Counted from the stretch's first letter, positions 9,447 through 18,554 are shown. The stretch is 64,000 nucleotides of DNA from Nitrospinota bacterium (GCA_016200345.1 JACQEX010000005.1:7968-71967); one strand, 5' to 3'. Numbers and translations: made by a program. Notes: generated by a model from the letters alone, not told the origin.

Positions 9447-10167
9447 AAAAAACATTTTAGACAAGGTAAAAAAGAGGCTTGCCGGGGCGCGTTCCGTCGT
9501 CGTCCTTTCCGGCGCCGGGGTCTCCGCCGAAAGCGGGGTGCCAACTTTTCGGGGGCCGCAGGGGCTTTGGAAAAATTTTCGACCCGAGGAACTCGCCACG
9601 CCGGAGGCTTTTAACCGAGACCCCGTGCTGGTTTGGGAATGGTACGACTGGCGGCGCCGGACGATATCCTCCCTCAGCCCAAACCCCGGGCACACCGCCG
9701 TCGCGAGGATGGAAAAAATCCACCCCGAATTTCTTTTGATAACGCAAAACGTGGACGGGCTACACTCGGCGGCCGGGAGCAAAAAAATTGCCGAGTTGCA
9801 CGGCAACATCTGGCACGTGCGGTGCGTCGCCGAGGGGGTCGTGACGGAAAACCGCGAGGTTCCGCTTGCGGAAATTCCCCCAAAATGCAAATGCGGGGCT
9901 CTGCTCCGGCCCCACATCGTCTGGTTCGGCGAGGCTTTGGACGCGGACACGGTGCGGCGGAGTTGGTCGGCCAGCAAGAACTGCGAGGTGATGATTGTCG
10001 CCGGAACGTCGTCGGTGGTTCAACCGGCGGCCTCGCTGGCAGAGGTGGCAAAATCGGCCGGGGCGTTCGTTGTGGAGATAAACCCGGAGGAGACGCCGAT
10101 ATCGGATTTTGTTGACGCCGGCCTTCGCGGAAAATCGGGCGAAATCCTCCCCCTTTTAATCCCCTGA
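9443..10167 (+). CDS. cobB: NAD-dependent protein deacylase (sirtuin); 5' end frameshifted or initiated at a non-canonical codon
   Basis: VVVLSGAGVSAESGVPTFRG, TQNVDGLH, ELHG, CxxC...CxC, RPHIVWFGE, GTS, EIN. The conserved N-terminus lies upstream of the first in-frame canonical start (9538). Confidence 0.85.
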
Positions 10168-10210
10168 CCGCGAGAGACAAAAAATGCCGGGAAAGGGTTA
10201 TAATGCCTCA

Positions 10211-11206
10211 ATGAAAAAAATCACCATCGCCTTGCTCGCGTCCTTGTTGCTCACCGCGCAGTTTTCGTTCGCGGAGACCAAGACCTTCGAGAAGGAATAC
10301 ACCTATCAAGCGAGCGAGCTGGACAGCAAATCCTCGTGCAGGGTGATGGCGACCGACCAGGTGAAAAGGCTACTGCTACAGGAGATCGGCGTGTACGTCC
10401 AAAGCAAGTTCACGGACAAATCGTCGGAAGGGAAAACGCCCGACCAAGTGAAGCAGGAGATAACCACCCTTACGGCCGGGATTGTGGAAACCAAGATAAT
10501 GGACGAAAAATGGGACGGCGAAAAATATTGGTTGAAGGCCCGCATGACGGTGGATCCGGACGACGTCGCCAGGCAGTTGCAGGAAATGCGCAAAGACTCG
10601 GAAAACAAGGAGACGGTTGACGAACTTAACGCGCAATTGGCCGAGCAGAGAAAAGAGATAGAGAGGCTTCGGGCCGCCGCCCAAGGTTCGAAATCGGAGC
10701 CGAAGGAGAAAATGGAAAAAAATCGCGCGGAATACGCCAAGGCGGTCGAGGCGATGTCGGCAAGCGAGTTTTTGATGGAAGCCCGCCAATTAATGCAATC
10801 GAAACGATTCAACGAGGCACTGCCGCTGTTTTCAAAGGCCGTGGAGGTTAATCCAAGCCTTGCGGCGGCCTATCTGGGGCGCGGAAACGCGTACAACGGC
10901 CTCAAGCAGTTCGAAATGGCGATAAGGGAATACAACCGCGCGGTCGAGCTAAATCCGAGGCTCGGGGCGGCCTTTTTGGGGCGCGGGCACTCTCGTTTTA
11001 TGCTCGCCGATTTTAACGCGGCGTTGGAGGACTTAAACCGGGCGATAGAAATTAATCCGTCGCTGGACTGGGCGTACCTGAACAGGGGCAAAGTTTACAA
11101 AAGGCTCGGCAAACCCAATCTGGCCGTTCAGGATTTTAAAACCGCCGCAAGCCTAGGCAACCAGAAGGCGCGGGAAATTTTGGCCGAGGGTCGTCGGGAA
11201 AAATAG
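10211..11206 (+). CDS. Secreted coiled-coil and TPR protein
   Basis: Signal peptide MKKITIALLASLLLTAQFSFA; four C-terminal TPRs (AYLGRG...A...Y..A...NP). Confidence 0.8.
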   Translation: MKKITIALLASLLLTAQFSFAETKTFEKEYTYQASELDSKSSCRVMATDQVKRLLLQEIGVYVQSKFTDKSSEGKTPDQVKQEITTLTAGIVETKIMDEKWDGEKYWLKARMTVDPDDVARQLQEMRKDSENKETVDELNAQLAEQRKEIERLRAAAQGSKSEPKEKMEKNRAEYAKAVEAMSASEFLMEARQLMQSKRFNEALPLFSKAVEVNPSLAAAYLGRGNAYNGLKQFEMAIREYNRAVELNPRLGAAFLGRGHSRFMLADFNAALEDLNRAIEINPSLDWAYLNRGKVYKRLGKPNLAVQDFKTAASLGNQKAREILAEGRREK

Positions 11207-11221
11207 CCCCCTTTGCGTCCC

Positions 11222-11263
11222 ATGATATTTATCATTTGAGATTCCGTTCGAAACCCATATTCT
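11222..11263 (+). promoter_or_regulatory. FNR/DNR-like palindrome plus sigma70 promoter of the cupin gene
   Basis: ATGAT-ATTT-ATCAT (11222-11235) directly upstream of TTGAGA-16 nt-TATTCT. Confidence 0.4.
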
Positions 11264-11298
11264 GTTTCCAACACACAATTTACAAATAGGAGACAGAA

Positions 11299-11598
11299 AT
11301 GGAAATCATCAACATTGGCGAGAGGTCTAGTTTTGGGGCGCAGTTCGCGCCGATTGTATTGCGCGTCTCAAAAAAATACAAAACCCCGCTTATCTGCATG
11401 AACCCGGGGCAGGAGATACCGCCGCACCCGAGCGCGACCGGCGTCTTTTACATCGTCGGCGGAAGCGCGGTCATGACGGTCAACGGGCAGGAACACAACG
11501 TGAAGGCCGGAGACATGGTTTTTGTGGACGACGGCGACACAAGGGGAATAAGGGCGGTGGAAAAACTTACGGCGTTTGCGGTGCACATCTCGTCCTAG
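11299..11598 (+). CDS. Cupin domain protein
   Basis: 99 aa; PGQEIPPH, FYIVGG, VKAGDMVFV; AGGAG RBS. Confidence 0.85.
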   Translation: MEIINIGERSSFGAQFAPIVLRVSKKYKTPLICMNPGQEIPPHPSATGVFYIVGGSAVMTVNGQEHNVKAGDMVFVDDGDTRGIRAVEKLTAFAVHISS

Positions 11599-11742
11599 TG
11601 TGGCGTCCCAGCATCATCTATGCGGCGACACAAATTGGTGGCAACGGGATTTATCCTGTTGTTGCGCCCTCAGGGGCGCAAGGCAGGCTAAAGCCCGCCG
11701 CTACCAACGAATGGTAAAGCCGTTATTGGGACACTACGCTAG
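11595..11742. mobile_element. CTAG-bounded MITE containing an inverted pair of REP hairpins (copy A)
   Basis: 17-bp imperfect TIRs at 11595-11611 and 11726-11742; REPs at 11638-11661 (+) and 11681-11704 (-); homologous to 62067-62366. Confidence 0.75.
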
Positions 11743-11768
11743 GCGCGGATCCCGCCGAACACTTTCGC

Positions 11769-11797
11769 TTGCAAATAGGGCCGCGCGGTTTTATCCT
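11769..11797 (+). promoter_or_regulatory. Sigma70 promoter of tRNA-Leu
   Basis: TTGCAA-17 nt-TATCCT. Confidence 0.6.
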
Positions 11798-11812
11798 TAT
11801 ATGCCTGATTAC

Positions 11813-11899
11813 GCCGGAGTGGTGAAATTGGTAGACGCACGGGACTCAAAATCCCGCGAGGGGAACCTCATGTCGGTTCGATTCCGACCTCCGGCACCA
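11813..11899 (+). tRNA. tRNA-Leu(CAA)
   Basis: GCCGGAG/CTCCGGC acceptor stem, CGGGA-CTCAAAA-TCCCG anticodon arm, long variable arm, CCA. Confidence 0.97.
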
Positions 11900-11939
11900 A
11901 ATACCCTCCGAAAATCCGCCGGTTTCCCGGGCCTCCAGA

Positions 11940-12791
11940 TTAGTACGGCACTGTCATCGCCCTGCTCTTAAGGTAGAGAGGCACGAGAATAAGTTGTTTT
12001 TTCTTGTCCAGCGTTATGTTTGCCGGGGAGACCAGACCACGCACCATAATCGTCGTGCGGAGGTTTTTGTCCACCTTGAAAATAATCCCCCTGTTAAAAC
12101 TCGACACATAGACGTTGTCCTCCGCGTCGAAGTCAACCCCCGAAAGGCTCTTTACGGGCATCTTGACGAATTTTTGCGGCGCCCCGTTCAAATCCACCGT
12201 CGCCAGCACGCTAAACCCCATCGTCACAAAAAACTTGTTCAGCTTCGGGGAGAACGCTATGCCGCTGGGCGAGTCAATCCCCTTGCCGGACGCGAAAAGT
12301 TCCGCCTTGTTTTTCTGGTCTGGGTGGATTACAAAAATCGCGTTTCCGACCGTTTCCGTGACGAATATGCGTCCGTCCGGTCCCGTGGCAAGCCCGTTAA
12401 GAAATTTTGCCTTTAGCGAGGAGAGGTCAATCTCCCCCTTTTTTGCGCCGGTCAGTTTGTCAAAGACGCGCACGAACGGCGTGTCCGCCACATAGAGCGA
12501 GTCGCCAATCACCAACAGGCCCCGCGGGGTGTTCAGCGTAACATCCCCGCGCCCCCCCTCGATTAGTTTTAGCTTCGACACTTTGCCTTCCGCGTTGAGC
12601 ATGGTCACAAACCCGGCGTTGCCTTTTGAAAACGCCCTTCCCTTGACGTTTGATATGTAGTAGTTGCCGGTCTCGGCGTCCACTATGAAATTTTGCGGGC
12701 TGGCAAGGCCGCCGACCTCGAATGCGCGCGCCTCGCCGAAAAGCGACAGCGTCGCGTAGAAAACAAAAACGGCGGCAAACCACCGGAACAT
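11940..12791 (-). CDS. Secreted beta-propeller protein (SMP-30/gluconolactonase or NHL-like)
   Basis: Start reassigned to ATG 12791 (signal MFRWFAAVFVFYATLSLFGEARA); repeated P-x-G blades, LYVAD, LNGLATGPDG. Confidence 0.75.
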   Translation of the reverse strand: MFRWFAAVFVFYATLSLFGEARAFEVGGLASPQNFIVDAETGNYYISNVKGRAFSKGNAGFVTMLNAEGKVSKLKLIEGGRGDVTLNTPRGLLVIGDSLYVADTPFVRVFDKLTGAKKGEIDLSSLKAKFLNGLATGPDGRIFVTETVGNAIFVIHPDQKNKAELFASGKGIDSPSGIAFSPKLNKFFVTMGFSVLATVDLNGAPQKFVKMPVKSLSGVDFDAEDNVYVSSFNRGIIFKVDKNLRTTIMVRGLVSPANITLDKKKQLILVPLYLKSRAMTVPY

Positions 12792-12799
12792 TCCTTTTT

Positions 12800-12985
12800 T
12801 CAATTTGAGCCAGCTCCCGCAAGCTGGCCGGCCCTCGCGCCTTTGGCGGAGCCGAAGGCGAGATTGCTGAGGCAAAGGTCGTCGCTTTTTTCCAAAAGCT
12901 TGCGCAAAAACGCCTCGCTTTTCATCTCCATTTCAAGCCGTTCCATCTCGGCCGCAAGACCGTCCATAAAACTTTCTATGTCCAC
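12800..12985 (-). CDS. Small hypothetical protein
   Basis: AAGGAG RBS, GTG start, tightly packed in the operon between gspB and the propeller gene. Confidence 0.5.
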   Translation of the reverse strand: MDIESFMDGLAAEMERLEMEMKSEAFLRKLLEKSDDLCLSNLAFGSAKGARAGQLAGAGSN

Positions 12986-13033
12986 GCGTCGCTCCTTTTA
13001 AAATATTTTATTGTCGCCTTTGGCGAAGAAGCC

Positions 13034-13885
13034 CTATTCCACCCTTAGGTCGGTTTTTTTCGCGCCGTCGTCAAGGACGACCTTTTCCCTCTCGATGGCG
13101 GCCACCTTTAAGTTTCCTATTGAATCGCCAATTTTTACCAGCATCCCCGAGCCGCCGCCTACGCGCACGATGGCCGAGCGTTTTTCCGGGTCGTTGTTAA
13201 AAATAATTCCCTCCAACGACACGGACGACGCCGGCGCGCCCTGCGCCTTTTGCGTCGTCGTTTTTTGGGGGGGCGTCCGAGAAGGCTCGGGGGCCGCCTG
13301 TGACTCCACGATGGGCACAGGCGGCTCGCTCCCTGCCACGTTTTCTTTTTCAGGCGCGCGGGGAGAGGAAGAGATTGCCGACGCCTTTTTCGCGGTCGCC
13401 TCCCCTTTCGCCGACTTTCCCGGCTGTACCGGGACGACACCCGTCGGCAATTTCTCCTCCTTCTCCGCCACGCTCTTTTCCGCCTGCACCAACCCGTTCT
13501 TCCTCTCCTGCTCCATCCCTCGGCCCAAAGGCTCCACCTGGTTTTGTGGCGTACTAGGCAAATCCAGCGCCGGGTTGACAACCGGCGCCATATTGTTTGA
13601 ATTTAACTGCTTATCCGGGGCGTTTACCGCAACGGCGGGCGCGGACTGCCCAACCGCCGTTTTTGCGGTCGGCTCCGTTCCGGCCGTCTTTGAGTACGCC
13701 ACATAACCGACGGTCGCCACGGCCAGCATCACGGCAAAAATCAACGCCCCCGCCACGCCGGACGAGGCGGCGACTCTATTGGGGGCGTGCCCCGAAAGGA
13801 TTTTTTGCTTAATGTCTATATCAGGCGATTGTTGGTCGTTTTTTTCGTCCTAGGCCTTCCGTAGCGCGTCCAATATTATGCTCAT
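13034..13885 (-). pseudogene. gspB: GspB/ExeB-like protein with in-frame amber stop at codon 12
   Basis: ATG 13885 reads MSIILDALRKA*DEK (TAG at 13852-13850), in frame with the 240-aa ORF; TM helix, P-rich linker, C-terminal SLEGIIF...AIV...GDSIG domain. Confidence 0.75.
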
Positions 13886-13894
13886 CTCGTTCCT

Positions 13895-15493
13895 TTACAG
13901 AGTGGAAATCCGCGGGATTTTGACGTCCTGAAGCTTTCCCAAAATCATCATCCTTGTCGTTTCGCCTGCCATGCCGTCCGGGTTTAGGCCGTTCTCCTGT
14001 TGGAACCGCTTGATGGCCCTCTCGGTTTTTGCCCCGAACGTCCCGTTCACGCCAATCGTGAAGTAACCGAGTTTTTTTAGGTTCGTCTGTAATTTGGCGA
14101 CGTCGTCCCCGAACGCGCCCTTTCTCAACTCATCGGGAGCGTCGGCAAAGTCCCTCCAAAAAATCAAAACGTCGCCGGTCCAATTTTTGAAGGCCCACTC
14201 GCTCTCTATTTCCAAACCGGAAATTCCCGTGGATAATCCGTCCTTTGTGAAGCCGACCACCGGCAGGTACCCTTTTTTCCCGTCCTCGCCGTTTAACAGC
14301 ATTATCGCGGGGTAGGCGAGTTTCTCCAGCAACACCTTGTCAATGCGCCCGTCAAAACATTTCAAATTTCGTTTCTCCGCTATCTGCTCCATTGTGGAGG
14401 CAGCCTCGTCTTTTTCCGCGATCCCCTCAACGCCCCATTTCGCAAGAAGAATGTTGGCGGCCACGTTTCTCGCCGAGGGGGAATAAATCGCGTCGGCGGG
14501 CTTTTGCGGCGCGGGGGGCGCGATTTTAACGGGCGCGACCTCCAACTTTGCCATGGGGGGTGGCGCAACCACGACGGTGGAACGCCGGCCGTCGAAGAAC
14601 CACGCGGAAACCGCGATTAAAATGAGCGCCAAACCCCCGATGGCGACAACCCTGCCGGTGACACCACCCAGCAAGTTCCTCGACGGCGGGGCGCCCGTGA
14701 CGTCGCGTATGCACTCCTTTACCGTCTTCACGTCGAGCGTCCGCACCCCCTTGGAATACGCCGCCAGCAACGCCCTGTCGCACACCAGATTAATGAGGCG
14801 CGGGATTCCCTTGGAAAACTTGTAAATCTCCTTCAGAACCTTCGGGGTAAAAATATCCAAGTGCGCGCCGCCGGCCATCTCCATCCTGTGTTTAATGTAT
14901 TGGGCGGTCTCGTCGTAATTTAGCGGGAAAAGACGGCACCAAACCGAAACCCTCTGCCGCAACTGCCTTAAGGACTGGCTGCCAAGCATAAAATCCAGCT
15001 CCGGCTGGCCCACCAAAATTATCTGCATTAGTTTTTGCGTCTCCGTCTCTAGGTTCGACAGCAGGCGTATCTGTTCCAGCACCTCGGGGGAGAGGTTTTG
15101 CGCCTCGTCAATCAATAAAATGGTCCTTTTGCCGGCGGACTTCTGCTCCAACAGGTGGGCGTACAAGGCGTCCTCCAGTCCCTTTTTCTCGGTGGACTCG
15201 TAGGGAATGCCAAGTTCCTTGTTCAGGCTTTGAAGGAGTTGCACGTCGTTGTGGTTTGGGTTGAATATGTAGGCCACCCTGTAATCATCGCCAAGCTGGT
15301 TTATAAACGACCTGCAAATGGTTGTTTTACCGGTTCCCACCTCGCCCGTCAAAACCACAAACCCGACGTTTTCTTTGACGCTATAAAAAAGCTGGGCGTA
15401 GCTCTCTTGGTGCGACTTGCCCAAATAGAGATATTTGGGGTCGGGCGTCAGATTGAACGGTTTTTCTTTAATCCAAAAAAACTTTGTGTACAT
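13895..15493 (-). CDS. exeA: ExeA/GspA AAA ATPase with peptidoglycan-binding domain
   Basis: YTKFFWIKEKPFNLTPDP, GEVGTGKTT, LIDEAQNL, GIPRLINLVCDRALL, C-terminal PG-binding motif (FQQENGLNPDG). Confidence 0.9.
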   Translation of the reverse strand: MYTKFFWIKEKPFNLTPDPKYLYLGKSHQESYAQLFYSVKENVGFVVLTGEVGTGKTTICRSFINQLGDDYRVAYIFNPNHNDVQLLQSLNKELGIPYESTEKKGLEDALYAHLLEQKSAGKRTILLIDEAQNLSPEVLEQIRLLSNLETETQKLMQIILVGQPELDFMLGSQSLRQLRQRVSVWCRLFPLNYDETAQYIKHRMEMAGGAHLDIFTPKVLKEIYKFSKGIPRLINLVCDRALLAAYSKGVRTLDVKTVKECIRDVTGAPPSRNLLGGVTGRVVAIGGLALILIAVSAWFFDGRRSTVVVAPPPMAKLEVAPVKIAPPAPQKPADAIYSPSARNVAANILLAKWGVEGIAEKDEAASTMEQIAEKRNLKCFDGRIDKVLLEKLAYPAIMLLNGEDGKKGYLPVVGFTKDGLSTGISGLEIESEWAFKNWTGDVLIFWRDFADAPDELRKGAFGDDVAKLQTNLKKLGYFTIGVNGTFGAKTERAIKRFQQENGLNPDGMAGETTRMMILGKLQDVKIPRISTL

Positions 15494-15521
15494 TTTTTTT
15501 ATTCCTTGTCGAGACTAACTA

Positions 15522-15537
15522 ACAAGTTGCGTGCCAA
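15522..15537 (-). promoter_or_regulatory. Possible sigma54 promoter of exeA-gspB
   Basis: Minus strand TTGGCAC-GCAAC-TTGT (one mismatch at -12), about 30 nt upstream of the ATG. Confidence 0.4.
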
Positions 15538-15979
15538 ATTAAATTTACGAGCGTATCTCTTTGTTTTTTTAGGTAGATATCGAAGGCAAAGTTTTCTTCG
15601 CCTAATAAGCGTCCAATTTTTTGTAGCCAATTTATCTTAATTCAACAATTTTAGAGGGGACAAAATTCTCTTTTTGCCACCCACGCCCCTCCTTGAACCG
15701 GCCTTATATGGCGAGGCAAAAATAGGGGTTATATAAATCCCTTTGATTACCGATATCTAATCCTATGAGATACAAAGGCGTCATTTTGGAAAAAAGGGTC
15801 TTGGCTATGGAGCTAAAAGGGCTTGAACAGGAGTTTTGCGCGCTGGAAAGGATGGCATGGGAGGTCACGCATCCAAAACATCCATTTGGCGTGTTTATTG
15901 CTTACAATATAGACAGGTTGTTTGGACTGTTCCAAAAACCAACGAGACGTCAATAGCAACATGGCAAGGAGCGCTGAAA

Positions 15980-16651
15980 ATGGAAAGGACGGGAATAAAG
16001 ACGATTTTATTTCTCCTTGCGTTTGTCGCTCAATCGCACGCGGAGGTCAAGCCGGACAGCACCGTGTTTCCGACCCACGCCGTATATGAAATAACCCAAG
16101 AAAGCGAAATATCCTACGCCATTGACCTAAAAATCCTCCTGGCCTTCCAGACGACAATCAGCGGAAAAACAAGCGACATAAAGGGCGAGATAACCCTTTT
16201 GCCGGAACCGGCCTCGGACTCCGTTGAAAAAAAACAGCCGGTGACCGGCGAGCTTTTTGTCGCCGCCGGCACGTTTAGATCCGGCGTCGGCAGGCGCGAC
16301 GCGGACATAAGGGAGATATTGCAGTCGGCCAAATATCCGCAGATAATTTTTTCAATATCTGGCATCGAGTCCGGCCCGGACGTTAAATTCTCCCGGCTTT
16401 CAGGAGCCATGGTCGTCAAAGGCGTGCTGGATTTCAAAGGCAAGAAAAAGGAGATAGCGCTCCCGGTTCAGGCAACCCCCAAGGGGGACAAACTGTTGGT
16501 GGACGGAAAACTTGAGTTGAAACTAAGCGATTTTGGAATAACTCCGCCCACCTTCGGATATTTCTTGGGGCGCACCTCGGACAACATCACCCTTACGCTC
16601 CACCTTGTGGCGGAAAATAAGAAAGCGGGATTTTTCTCGACATCTTTGTAA
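15980..16651 (+). CDS. YceI-family periplasmic lipid/polyisoprenoid-binding protein
   Basis: ATG 15980 after AAGGAG; signal peptide; RRDADI...YPQIIF, GVLDFKG, LSDFGI. Confidence 0.85.
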   Translation: MERTGIKTILFLLAFVAQSHAEVKPDSTVFPTHAVYEITQESEISYAIDLKILLAFQTTISGKTSDIKGEITLLPEPASDSVEKKQPVTGELFVAAGTFRSGVGRRDADIREILQSAKYPQIIFSISGIESGPDVKFSRLSGAMVVKGVLDFKGKKKEIALPVQATPKGDKLLVDGKLELKLSDFGITPPTFGYFLGRTSDNITLTLHLVAENKKAGFFSTSL

Positions 16652-16706
16652 ACCCGCTCTTTTTCTCCCCCTTCTATACGACCTAAAAAGGGGATATCAT
16701 TAGCCC

Positions 16707-17156
16707 ATGGAAAATAGCGAGGCTTGCGAGATTCCCTTGTACTCCGGCGACAACGAGTTGGCGAAGAAAATAGTCACGCAATACAAAACCGTGGCAATCG
16801 TCGGCATCTCCCAAAAAGAGGATAGGGACAGCTATCGCGTGGCCGCATACCTAAAGGGGCGCGGGTTCAAAATAATCCCCGTAAACCCGCAGGCCGACGA
16901 AATACTGGGTGAAAAATGCTATGCGCGGCTGGCGGACATTCCGTTCAAGGCGGACGTTGTGGACGTGTTCCGAAAGCCGTCCGCCCTTCCGGAACTGGCG
17001 GACGAGATAGTCGCCTACCGCCCGAAATCGGCCTGGTTTCAGCTTGGCGTGATAAACAACTCGGCGGCGAAAAAAATCGCCGACGCCGGGATAGAGGTGG
17101 TTCAAAACCTCTGCATTAAAATCGAACACGCGCGTTACACAATGGCCTCGGCGTGA
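16707..17156 (+). CDS. CoA-binding protein (YccU-like)
   Basis: VAIVGIS...[31 protein letters not shown]. Confidence 0.9.
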   Translation: MENSEACEIPLYSGDNELAKKIVTQYKTVAIVGISQKEDRDSYRVAAYLKGRGFKIIPVNPQADEILGEKCYARLADIPFKADVVDVFRKPSALPELADEIVAYRPKSAWFQLGVINNSAAKKIADAGIEVVQNLCIKIEHARYTMASA

Positions 17157-17809
17157 AAAAATACAAGTGCTCCGTCTGCGGATACGTTTACAACCCGGAG
17201 ACGGGCGACCCGATAGCCGGCATTGCGCCCGGCACCCCGTTCGAGGCGCTTCCCCATTCGTGGGCCTGCCCCAAGTGCAACGCGCTGAAGGACAAGTTCC
17301 ACGCGGTGGGCGACCACGAGACGACGCACGAGCTGTTAAGGAAGTTTTACCTGGCCGAGGACGTCGCGTACTACTTCATAGCGGTGATACTTTTCATCGC
17401 GGCGATTTCGATTATCGGCATAACCATCACCCATTTTTTAAAGGGGTTCAACACCGTAAACATTCTCAACGTGGTGAACGACATATTGTTGGTGGTCATC
17501 ATTTTGGAGATTTTCAGCACGGTCTTGATTTATCTGACCGAGAGGCGGATATCGCTCACGCCGTTCATTTTAATCGGGCTTATCTCCTCCATACGGCGGA
17601 TTTTGATGGTGACGGCCATGATGAGCGCGAGGGAGACGACGACGGACGTGGAGTTCAGCCGTTCAATACAGGAGCTTGTCGTCAGCGCGGGGATTGTGCT
17701 TACGCTGATTGTCTGCTACTACATTTTGTCGAAGGTTACGAAATCCGCCGAGAGGTGCATAGGGTGCACCGGCTTTGAGAAACGCGACGACGCGCCGCCT
17801 GGCGTGTGA
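17153..17809 (+). CDS. Rubredoxin fused to PsiE-family membrane domain
   Basis: CSVCGYVY...WACPKC rubredoxin; four TM helices with [10 protein letters not shown]...[15 protein letters not shown] PsiE motif; GTGA overlap with the upstream gene. Confidence 0.85.
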   Translation: MKKYKCSVCGYVYNPETGDPIAGIAPGTPFEALPHSWACPKCNALKDKFHAVGDHETTHELLRKFYLAEDVAYYFIAVILFIAAISIIGITITHFLKGFNTVNILNVVNDILLVVIILEIFSTVLIYLTERRISLTPFILIGLISSIRRILMVTAMMSARETTTDVEFSRSIQELVVSAGIVLTLIVCYYILSKVTKSAERCIGCTGFEKRDDAPPGV

Positions 17810-17854
17810 CCTTTTTTGCCATTCTTAGACCGAATAAATTTTTAAATTGTTCGC

Positions 17855-17883
17855 TTGCTCCCGGCGTGGATGTACTTTAGAAT
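17855..17883 (+). promoter_or_regulatory. Sigma70 promoter of tRNA-Lys
   Basis: TTGCTC-17 nt-TAGAAT. Confidence 0.6.
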
Positions 17884-17908
17884 AGCCCCCTTGTTCGCAA
17901 AGTAGCGT

Positions 17909-17984
<76 letters not shown>

Positions 17985-18112
17985 TTTTTTCAAAAGGCCG
18001 CGACATTTAGACCGTCCGCATATTTTCTGCCGCATGCACCTCGAAAGCAAATTGTGTAAAGCTCCATGTGGTGCGATACGATGATTCAAATCGCAACGCT
18101 TTGGAGGGATAA

Positions 18113-18370
18113 ATGTTATTTGTTCATTTTCTGATTGACACGCCGGTGGTGGCGTTTCTATTGCTCTTAGTTCTGCTCGTCACCGTCGTGCCTTTTGCCA
18201 TTGGTTGGTTTTCACGCCGGAAGGCCGCGAGGCTTGGTGTTGCGGATGTGCCGCCTAAAAATCCTCCGAGCACGCGATTTCTCGGAATCCAACTCGACAT
18301 TGCCATCCTGATTTTTGGGTTGTTGTTTCTTTTCGGTTTGGCCGGATGGGTAAAAAAGACGTTCTTTTAA
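18113..18370 (+). CDS. Small two-TM membrane protein
   Basis: GGAGG RBS; two hydrophobic helices; 85 aa. Confidence 0.6.
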   Translation: MLFVHFLIDTPVVAFLLLLVLLVTVVPFAIGWFSRRKAARLGVADVPPKNPPSTRFLGIQLDIAILIFGLLFLFGLAGWVKKTFF

Positions 18371-18386
18371 CAACGCCCCGCACTCT

Positions 18387-18554
18387 TTAAGATTCCAATC
18401 GGTAGGTACGGGCTTTAGCCTGTACTCTTCCTTGTTTCCCGGCGATTTCTTCCGCCTCCCGCTTGTCAAGAGTGAGCAACAGATAAGATTCCGCGGCCGG
18501 GTAATCCTTCTCCTCCGGCTCCGGCAACCATTTTATATCGTATTTATTCCCCAT
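18387..18554 (-). pseudogene. N-terminal fragment of a conserved hypothetical (ParB/Srx-like) protein
   Basis: MGNKYDIKWLPEPEEKDYPAAESYL resembles the N-terminus of a longer conserved family (recalled, not searched); the reading frame runs into a REP hairpin and stops. Confidence 0.5.
18402..18425 (+). repeat. Solo GTAG-type REP
   Basis: GTAG-GTACGGGC-TTTA-GCCTGTAC. Confidence 0.75.

Noticed and set aside
9218-9460. 80-aa ORF upstream of cobB
   Set aside because: No RBS or motif; the overlapping 9285-9446 frame has a strong RBS and a Cys pattern and is preferred.
13850-13852. Genome-wide TAG reassignment
   Set aside because: TAG is used as the normal stop in many intact genes here (e.g. 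7371, 11206, 26028, 43909).
15765-15956. 63-aa ORF upstream of the yceI-like gene
   Set aside because: Weak RBS and no recognisable motif; cannot be supported or excluded.
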